Both the position numbers and the translations under genes were made by a program. The notes under the pieces are model-generated. The model was not told the origin of the DNA and searched no databases. It was given only the letters and a program-made list of their open reading frames with translations. Shown here one piece after another: positions 57,831-64,000 of a DNA stretch of 64,000 bases (the first letter of the stretch is position 1; each line of letters begins with the position of its first letter). The DNA comes from Thermoplasmatota archaeon (GTDB lineage: Archaea; Thermoplasmatota; E2; UBA202; JdFR-43), in assembly GCA_029259055.1 (NCBI GenBank), contig JAPDJP010000012.1, positions 59,883 to 123,882 on the forward strand, read 5' to 3'.

Positions 57831-58648
57831 TTCATCATTTCCATTGCTCTATCAAGCAATATTTGTGCATATACAGCATCATGCTCAACAACTGGTGACT
57901 CGGATATTATTGTAACATCATAGTCATTTTCGAGTATGCATTCCATCAATTTTATGACAGGTATATCTCCTTTTTTTATTGGAACGTGATATAATTCTCC
58001 GCTACTATCATATTTTACTCCTGTCAAATGAATTAAATAATGATTCAGATTTAAATCTTTTAAGGCATCAAAAATTTTTTGAAAATCTTCCTTTTCCTTT
58101 AAACATCCATTACATCTCGCATGTATATGTCCAATATCTATAACTGGGACAGTTCCTCTCACTCTTTTGCATACTTCAATAATTTCTTCCAAGCTACCAA
58201 AGACTTCTTTTTTTCCCATGGTTTCTAAGCCAATAGGAACTTCGATTCCCCTTTTTTTAACTCTATCTCTAATAGCCCTCAAGTTTTTGACAATTCTTTT
58301 CATTGTTTCTTTCTTTGATAAATTGCCATAAAATCCTAAATGCGTTGTCATTATACGAGCTCCCATTAGATGAGCAAGATATAGGGATTTTTCTATTTTT
58401 TCTCTACTCATTTTAACATTTCTTTTATCTCCTGCCAAATTTATATAATAGGGAGCATGAACATATATTGCTATATCACACTTTTTTGCAACTCTTTTTA
58501 TTTCCTTAGCTTCTTCATTACTTATAAAACCTCTAGCAAATCTTATTTCCATTGCAGATAGACCCAAACATCTCGTATATATGATTCCATCTATATTTGT
58601 TCTTTCTTTGCATGATAATGGTATGCCTGCGGGCCCAATTCTTATCAC
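57827..58648 (-). CDS. nfo: Endonuclease IV (Nfo, AP endonuclease family 2 TIM barrel)
   Basis: 273 aa. YVHAPYYINLAG, IDIGHIHARCNG and IHL...GDIP segments parallel the Nfo metal-binding regions. Confidence 0.7.
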   Translation of the reverse strand: MIRIGPAGIPLSCKERTNIDGIIYTRCLGLSAMEIRFARGFISNEEAKEIKRVAKKCDIAIYVHAPYYINLAGDKRNVKMSREKIEKSLYLAHLMGARIMTTHLGFYGNLSKKETMKRIVKNLRAIRDRVKKRGIEVPIGLETMGKKEVFGSLEEIIEVCKRVRGTVPVIDIGHIHARCNGCLKEKEDFQKIFDALKDLNLNHYLIHLTGVKYDSSGELYHVPIKKGDIPVIKLMECILENDYDVTIISESPVVEHDAVYAQILLDRAMEMMK

Positions 58649-58671
58649 AGAATTTTTGAAATAGTTTTGAG

Positions 58672-59310
58672 TTAATATAAATTTCCATTTCTAATGATTT
58701 TTTTTGCCCATTCTAATTTTCTCTTTTTGATTTTCAAATCTTTTCCTTCTTTTTTTCTGGGCTCTTCAAAATTAAAACCGACTAGCTTTATTTTTTTCGC
58801 ATTAAAATGTTTTGCAATGCAATAAGCTCTATCTCCATCCGTAAATCCTCCAAAATTGTGCAATTTGTCAAAAGGTTTGGATTGTGTAGTCAATAAAAAA
58901 TTTTTAAATAATGAGATATGTTTTAAAGATTGTATGTTATCTCCATGAACATGTATAATCAAAATGCTACCTTTTTTATTTGCTTCCAATAAATCCTCAA
59001 TATTTCCATCTAAATCTGTTGTTATAATATGCGGTACAATATTATTCTTTAATAGAATAGATGTGGCCTCATCTGCAGAAATAATTGTTCCTTCTATATT
59101 TTTGAGTTCTTTTTCAAGATTTTTTCCAGCTCCACATATGCTAACGATTCTATTTTCTATAAATTTTTTTAAAACATTCGCTTCTATCTGCTTTTTTGCA
59201 TATTTAAGGGCTAATTTTGAGGCTTCTTTATCTTTTTCTTCATCATATCCAAAATCCTGCAGAATTTTTTTATAAATTGGCTCCCATTCTTCCCATTCCA
59301 TTATTCCCAC
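58672..59310 (-). CDS. MptE-like 6-hydroxymethyl-7,8-dihydropterin pyrophosphokinase (DUF115 family)
   Basis: 212 aa. Recalled family features SICGAGKNL and HVHGDN. Assignment is tentative. Confidence 0.45.
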   Translation of the reverse strand: MGIMEWEEWEPIYKKILQDFGYDEEKDKEASKLALKYAKKQIEANVLKKFIENRIVSICGAGKNLEKELKNIEGTIISADEATSILLKNNIVPHIITTDLDGNIEDLLEANKKGSILIIHVHGDNIQSLKHISLFKNFLLTTQSKPFDKLHNFGGFTDGDRAYCIAKHFNAKKIKLVGFNFEEPRKKEGKDLKIKKRKLEWAKKIIRNGNLY

Positions 59311-60242
59311 TCTATAGTTGCTGGTGGCTTATTCGAAATATCATATACAACCCTATTTACTTCTCTTATTTCATTTGTTATTCTAGTTGCTATTCTTTCT
59401 AATAAATCATGTGGCAACCTTGAAAAATTGGCTGTCATCGCATCGACGCTATCAACACATCTTACTGCTATAGTATAACCATATGCTCTAACATCCCCTC
59501 TCACTCCAACGCTTTTAACCGGCAGTAAAACAGCAAAATATTGCCATGGCAAATCAATCAGTTTTTCTTTATGCGCCTTTTCAATTTCTTCCTCAACTAT
59601 ACTACAAGCTTCCCTAACAATTCTTAATCTTTCTTCCGTAACTTCGCCAATTATTCTAACAGCCAAGCCCGGCCCCGGAAAAGGTTGCCTCTCCGCCACC
59701 TCCAAGCCAAGAAAACGGGCAACTTTTCTAACCTCGTCTTTATATAAATGTCTGAGTGGCTCAACAATTTTTATTTTCATATCTTTGGGCAAACCACCAA
59801 CATTATGATGGCTTTTGATTGTATCCCTCAACCCCCCTCCACTTTCTATCCAATCGGGTGCTATTGTTCCCTGTATTAAATATTCTGCTTTCTCTTCTCT
59901 TGCTATTCTTTCAAAAATTCTAATAAATTTTTCTCCAATTATTTTTCTTTTCTCTTCTGGATCAACGATTCCTTTTAAAGCTTCTAAAAATTCTTTTTTC
60001 GCATCAACAAATACAAATTTTAAATTCATTTTTCCATATAGATTTTTAACAAAATCGCTTTCTCCTTTTCTCATTAAGCCTGTATCAACATAAACAGCGG
60101 TTAGATTTTTTCCTAAAGCCATGCTTCCCAATTTTGCAGCTACGCTTGAATCAACTCCTCCAGATACAGCTATAATTGCTTTTCCTTTTAGTTTTTTTAG
60201 TTCTTCAATGGCTTCTTTAACGAACTTTTCCACATCAAACAT
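59301..60242 (-). CDS. guaA: GMP synthase subunit B (ATP pyrophosphatase domain; archaeal split GuaA)
   Basis: 313 aa. PP-loop [11 protein letters not shown]-terminus ...PPATIEWE. Confidence 0.9.
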   Translation of the reverse strand: MFDVEKFVKEAIEELKKLKGKAIIAVSGGVDSSVAAKLGSMALGKNLTAVYVDTGLMRKGESDFVKNLYGKMNLKFVFVDAKKEFLEALKGIVDPEEKRKIIGEKFIRIFERIAREEKAEYLIQGTIAPDWIESGGGLRDTIKSHHNVGGLPKDMKIKIVEPLRHLYKDEVRKVARFLGLEVAERQPFPGPGLAVRIIGEVTEERLRIVREACSIVEEEIEKAHKEKLIDLPWQYFAVLLPVKSVGVRGDVRAYGYTIAVRCVDSVDAMTANFSRLPHDLLERIATRITNEIREVNRVVYDISNKPPATIEWE

Positions 60243-60717
60243 CTTTATACCCTTCTCTCATTTTTTTTCTATATTCATCAAGTTTTTGAAATAATTTTTC
60301 ATCTTTTAAAGCCAACATCTGTATAGCAAGTAAGGCAGCATTATCTCCTCTATCCAAACCAACAGCAGCAACTGGTATACCAGGAGGCATTTGAACAATA
60401 GAAAGAATTGCATCTAAATTGAGTTTTCCAGAAACGGGAACCCCTATAACAGGTTTGTTTGTATAGGCTGCTATACTACCAGGCAAGGCTGCCGATAGGC
60501 CAGCTATTGCTATAAAAATGTCTGCATCACTTTGTGCAATTTCCTTTATCTTTTCTGGTGTCCTGTGTGCGGATGCAAATTTAACTTCATATTCAATATC
60601 AAATTTTTCAAGAATATCAATAGCTTTTTTTCCAACATTCTCGTCACTTTTAGATGCCATCACAACCATTACTTTCATAAGCTTAAAATAGAGAAAATTA
60701 AAAAGATTTCTATTCAA
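60235..60717 (-). CDS. purE: N5-carboxyaminoimidazole ribonucleotide mutase PurE
   Basis: VVMASKSD..., [14 protein letters not shown] and QMPPGIPVA match the PurE pattern. The true start is probably MKVMVVM. Confidence 0.9.
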   Translation of the reverse strand: MNRNLFNFLYFKLMKVMVVMASKSDENVGKKAIDILEKFDIEYEVKFASAHRTPEKIKEIAQSDADIFIAIAGLSAALPGSIAAYTNKPVIGVPVSGKLNLDAILSIVQMPPGIPVAAVGLDRGDNAALLAIQMLALKDEKLFQKLDEYRKKMREGYKDV

Positions 60718-60826
60718 CAGTATATTCTATTACAACTTCTCCTTTTTCATTGACTAATCTTCTTTTATTTCCTCTTGCTATTATCTTCAAATTCGCATAT
60801 CTTCCTTTTTCTTCCCATTCATCCAT
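60710..60826 (-). CDS. Small conserved ORF (38 aa), paralog of 44725..44844; not in the ORF track
   Basis: [38 protein letters not shown]. Lies immediately 5' of purE on the same strand. Confidence 0.4.
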   Translation of the reverse strand: MDEWEEKGRYANLKIIARGNKRRLVNEKGEVVIEYTVE

Positions 60827-60925
60827 TGGGTAATAATCTTTTACCCCTTTAAAAATTTTGTCCTTACAAAGCAATTTTGTTTTTATAGAACAACAAAAAT
60901 TTTATAATATGCTATAAATCAAATT

Positions 60926-61975
60926 GTGAAAAAACTCGAAAAGAATTCATTTTACGTTGGAAAGTTAGCAGAAGGCTGTAAAATATGCAGAAAGGGTGCA
61001 AAACTTGTTTTACTTGTAACTGGATTATGTAATGCAAATTGCTTTTATTGTCCATTATCAGAAAAAAAGAAGGGGAAGGATGTCATATATGCAGATGAAA
61101 TGATTGTAAGAAAAAAAGAAGACATTATTGAAGAAGCAGAATTAATAGAAGCGGAAGGAACAGGAATTACTGGAGGGGACCCTCTTATTGTATTGGACAG
61201 GACAATAGAATTTATAAAACTTTTAAAGAATTATTTTGGGGAGGAGCATCATATCCATTTATATACTGCTACTCTTGATTATAAAAAAGCAGAAAAATTA
61301 GGGAAAGCAGGATTAGATGAAATAAGGTTTCATCCAATGCCTACTTTATGGAAAAAAATAGAGAAAACAAAATTTAGAGAAATAGTAAAGAAACTGGAAA
61401 TTGATAAAGGGATGGAAATTCCCTTAGTTCCGCATATGAAAAAGGAAACTTTTCATTTATTAAAAGTAGTGGATGATTATAATTTAGATTTCATTAATTT
61501 AAATGAACTTGAATTTTCAATAACTAATCTTGAAGCATTAGATAAATATGGATATGTTGCAAAAAGCGATGAATCATCTGCTGTTAAAGGTAGTGAAGAA
61601 ATGGCATATGAAATTTTAGATTTAGGATTATCTACTCCTATACATTATTGCTCCTCTTCTTTTAAAGATGCTGTTCAATTAAGAAAAAGAATAGAAAGGA
61701 GAGCAAGGAATGTTGCAAAAATTTATGAAATCATAACAGAAGATGGAACTTTATTGAAAGGCGTTATAATGGCTGATAAAGAAAAAATAAAAGAAATTAT
61801 GGAAGAATTTGAAATAGATGAAAACATGATTTCATGGGATGAAAAAAAGAAAAGGATAGAAACTTCTCCTTTTATTATTGAAGAAATTGCCCAGTATTTA
61901 CCATATAAATGCTATATTATTGAGGAATATCCTACTGCAGATAGGCTTGAGGTTGAAATAACTCCTTTAAACTAA
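60926..61975 (+). CDS. Radical-SAM protein of unknown function (PFL-activase-related, COG2108-like)
   Basis: 349 aa. TGLCNANCFYCP CxxxCxxC motif and GGDPL. Confidence 0.65.
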   Translation: MKKLEKNSFYVGKLAEGCKICRKGAKLVLLVTGLCNANCFYCPLSEKKKGKDVIYADEMIVRKKEDIIEEAELIEAEGTGITGGDPLIVLDRTIEFIKLLKNYFGEEHHIHLYTATLDYKKAEKLGKAGLDEIRFHPMPTLWKKIEKTKFREIVKKLEIDKGMEIPLVPHMKKETFHLLKVVDDYNLDFINLNELEFSITNLEALDKYGYVAKSDESSAVKGSEEMAYEILDLGLSTPIHYCSSSFKDAVQLRKRIERRARNVAKIYEIITEDGTLLKGVIMADKEKIKEIMEEFEIDENMISWDEKKKRIETSPFIIEEIAQYLPYKCYIIEEYPTADRLEVEITPLN

Positions 61976-62003
61976 AGTTTTAAATTAAAAATTCTATAAT
62001 ATT

Positions 62004-64000
62004 ATGAAATGGTTGGCTGTATTTGTTCTTCTATTTCTTGTTGTACCATCGTATAGCATAAACTTTAGTTTTAACAGTGCTTATATTGGGAAATTCGAAA
62101 AAAAGGTTTTAATAAAGGCGGGTGATGATTTCTATATTCATTTTAGTAGCAATGGTATAGAATTTAAAAAACAAATTTTTAATATATCTTACAAGGAAGA
62201 AAAAGCTTTAGCTAAATCTCCTGAATGGATAAGAATAAGATTGGCAAGACAATTTGAATCCTTAGATGATGAATATGCAGATTTGATATTGAACGCAGAG
62301 GATAAATACGTGGATGAAATAGCTTTTTGTATAGCTACCTGTCCAATAAATGGGATGCCTTCTCCTTCTTTACTATATGATAATGCATATTTTATATACA
62401 AGAATGATGAATATTTAGACTATGTGGATGTGATTGATTTTGAAAACGGTTCTTCCACTGTCAAATATAAAATGCCTGATAAAGAAATAATTTGTCCAAT
62501 GCAAATTTATTACTGGTATGTAGTTCATCCTCGCATTACTTTTGAAGATGCAGAATATGTTTATGGGAAATTCTGGAGAGAATATCTATTTTATCATAAT
62601 GATATTGGTTACCCTTTACTTATGGAAAAATTACATGGAATAAAATATTTATGGGACTATCAATCATATCATCCCCCCAGCCACAGAACATGGAACTGGA
62701 GCATGGAAAATCATCCCACAGCTATAGAAGCTATAAATTATTGGATAGGAAAAACAGTAAATCAGCTTGCCATAGGAGATAGACCTGGACAACCAAATGT
62801 TATTGCTCATGAACACAATGGATTTTGCGGAGAATTGCAACAGATAGCTGTAGCTGCTCAAAGGGCTGCTTTGATTCCAAGTGTTGGAATAAATAATCTA
62901 GGAGAAGACCATGTGTGGCGGGAATTTTGGTGCAATGGATGGCATCAGTGCGATAATTGGTGGGCAGATGGTGGAGGGAGCGTTGATAACTATGATGAAT
63001 ATAGGTATAGATGGGGGAAAATTGTTTCCTCCTTTTTTGCGTGGAAAGGAGATAGTAGCATATATGATGTTACTTCTAAATATATTAAGCAAAAAGATAG
63101 AGCAAGGGTAATTGTCGAAGTGAAGGATAGTCTTGGAAATGCTGTAGATGGAGTAAGAGTAATGGTTTTTGGCACATGGAAAGCGAATAATTTTAAAAAT
63201 AAATTATGGAATAAATATGTAGATAGGCTATGGCAAAAATTACCAGAAAAACTTAGAGAAAGATGGGAAAATTTTTATGAAAAATTAGAAAAGTTTTATA
63301 AGGAAAGGGTTCCTGGTCTTATTCCATGGATTATACCAAGCATATGGAATTATACAAATATAGACGGGAAATGTGGATTTGATTTGGGATTAGGGCATAG
63401 CTATTTATTCGTTTTACAAAAAGATGAATTTTTCTATTTTGGACCATATAGCATAGGAAAAAGTAATGCAATTCATTATTGTTTAGCATTAAAAGCTAAT
63501 TCGACAAAAGAAATTAAAATAAGATTTATTTTGCCAGATATAAAGGAGAAAATAAGAAAAAATATAATTCCTAATAAAGGTGATAACTTTACATTCAAGC
63601 TAAATTTCAGATGCAAAGGATATCAATCACAAAGGAATCCCTGGGACTGGAAATATGCATATCATGAAACAGATGCAAAAATAGACTTTTTTGTAGTTGA
63701 TAAAGAAAATTTTGAGAAATATAGAAGAGGAGAAGTTTTTAATTGTTATGAATATTTATATTCAAATAATGGTAGTATTGAATTAAAAGGTAATGAGCTT
63801 TTCTTTGTTTTTAAAAATAGGGCAAAAAGAACAGACATTATACTAAATTTTGAATTAGAAATATATTCCAATAAAAAATCAGATTTTATTCATATAACTA
63901 ATGAGGAAATAAATGGAAAAATTATAGCAAATGCTGGACCCATCAAAATAGAGGGATATTCTACTGGAGAAGGAGAATTAGAGATAGGGAATCAAAAATG
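62004..64000 (+). CDS. Large secreted transglutaminase-like (papain-fold Cys-His-Asp) protein, 5' part; open to the end of the window and not in the ORF track
   Basis: Manual translation from ATG 62004 runs with no stop to 64000 (more than 665 aa). Signal peptide MKWLAVFVLLFLVVPSYS. TGase-core-like GFCGELQQIAVAAQRAALIP (Cys) and EDHVWREFW (His). Confidence 0.6.
   Translation, partial: MKWLAVFVLLFLVVPSYSINFSFNSAYIGKFEKKVLIKAGDDFYIHFSSNGIEFKKQIFNISYKEEKALAKSPEWIRIRLARQFESLDDEYADLILNAEDKYVDEIAFCIATCPINGMPSPSLLYDNAYFIYKNDEYLDYVDVIDFENGSSTVKYKMPDKEIICPMQIYYWYVVHPRITFEDAEYVYGKFWREYLFYHNDIGYPLLMEKLHGIKYLWDYQSYHPPSHRTWNWSMENHPTAIEAINYWIGKTVNQLAIGDRPGQPNVIAHEHNGFCGELQQIAVAAQRAALIPSVGINNLGEDHVWREFWCNGWHQCDNWWADGGGSVDNYDEYRYRWGKIVSSFFAWKGDSSIYDVTSKYIKQKDRARVIVEVKDSLGNAVDGVRVMVFGTWKANNFKNKLWNKYVDRLWQKLPEKLRERWENFYEKLEKFYKERVPGLIPWIIPSIWNYTNIDGKCGFDLGLGHSYLFVLQKDEFFYFGPYSIGKSNAIHYCLALKANSTKEIKIRFILPDIKEKIRKNIIPNKGDNFTFKLNFRCKGYQSQRNPWDWKYAYHETDAKIDFFVVDKENFEKYRRGEVFNCYEYLYSNNGSIELKGNELFFVFKNRAKRTDIILNFELEIYSNKKSDFIHITNEEINGKIIANAGPIKIEGYSTGEGELEIGNQK

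Overview
This is an AT-rich stretch of archaeal chromosome (roughly 30% G+C by eye). It is densely packed with housekeeping genes on both strands and has no rRNA, tRNA, CRISPR or mobile elements. An archaeal origin is supported by aIF-2beta, aIF-5A, aIF-6, r-proteins S19e/L39e/L31e/LX, prefoldin alpha, archaeal DnaG, Nob1, and a PGF-CTERM sorting signal on a giant surface protein, which suggests a euryarchaeal-type archaeosortase system.

Main blocks:
- 3.2-7.5 kb: a four-subunit cytoplasmic [NiFe] hydrogenase operon (sulfhydrogenase-like hydB-hydG-hydD-hydA) plus a maturation endopeptidase. The accessory genes hypC-hypA-hypD lie 47 kb away at 54.6-56.2 kb.
- 11.4-13.2 kb: a base-repair operon with an AlkA-like glycosylase and a fused O6-alkylguanine-DNA alkyltransferase / endonuclease V protein.
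- 16.4-17.6 kb: the aIF5A-agmatinase pair.
- 17.5-24.9 kb: two large secreted peptidase-C25 (gingipain)-like proteins. One also carries a parallel beta-helix region and is split by an apparent frameshift. They flank a geranylgeranyl reductase, a previously uncalled 54-aa ferredoxin, and a stomatin.
- 26.8-30.5 kb: a 1222-aa lamin-tail-domain / PGF-CTERM surface protein.
- 36.7-40.4 kb: the conserved archaeal ribosomal/translation super-operon S19e-PDCD5-L39e-L31e-aIF6-LX-PfdA-FtsY.
- 41.5-44.8 kb: a queD-queC-X-queE 7-deazaguanine cluster interrupted by a 481-aa lipoprotein-like gene.
- 47.5-53.0 kb: pyrI-pyrB, then a 551-aa radical-SAM protein next to a second GGR-family flavoprotein, then pyrC.
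- 57.3-60.7 kb: a purE-guaA-mptE-nfo-SIS operon.
- 62.0 kb to the window end: a large secreted transglutaminase-like protein running off the window.

Several real-looking genes are missing from the supplied ORF track because they are under 60 aa or open-ended: L39e, a GGR-linked ferredoxin, the terminal transglutaminase-like gene, and two paralogous ~39-aa ORFs next to queE and purE.

I found no canonical defence island. The most unusual items are the small-ORF paralog pair, the radical-SAM/GGR lipid-type gene pair, the split giant peptidase/adhesin, the Ogt-EndoV fusion operon, and a GC-rich nested hairpin in an otherwise AT-rich divergent promoter region.
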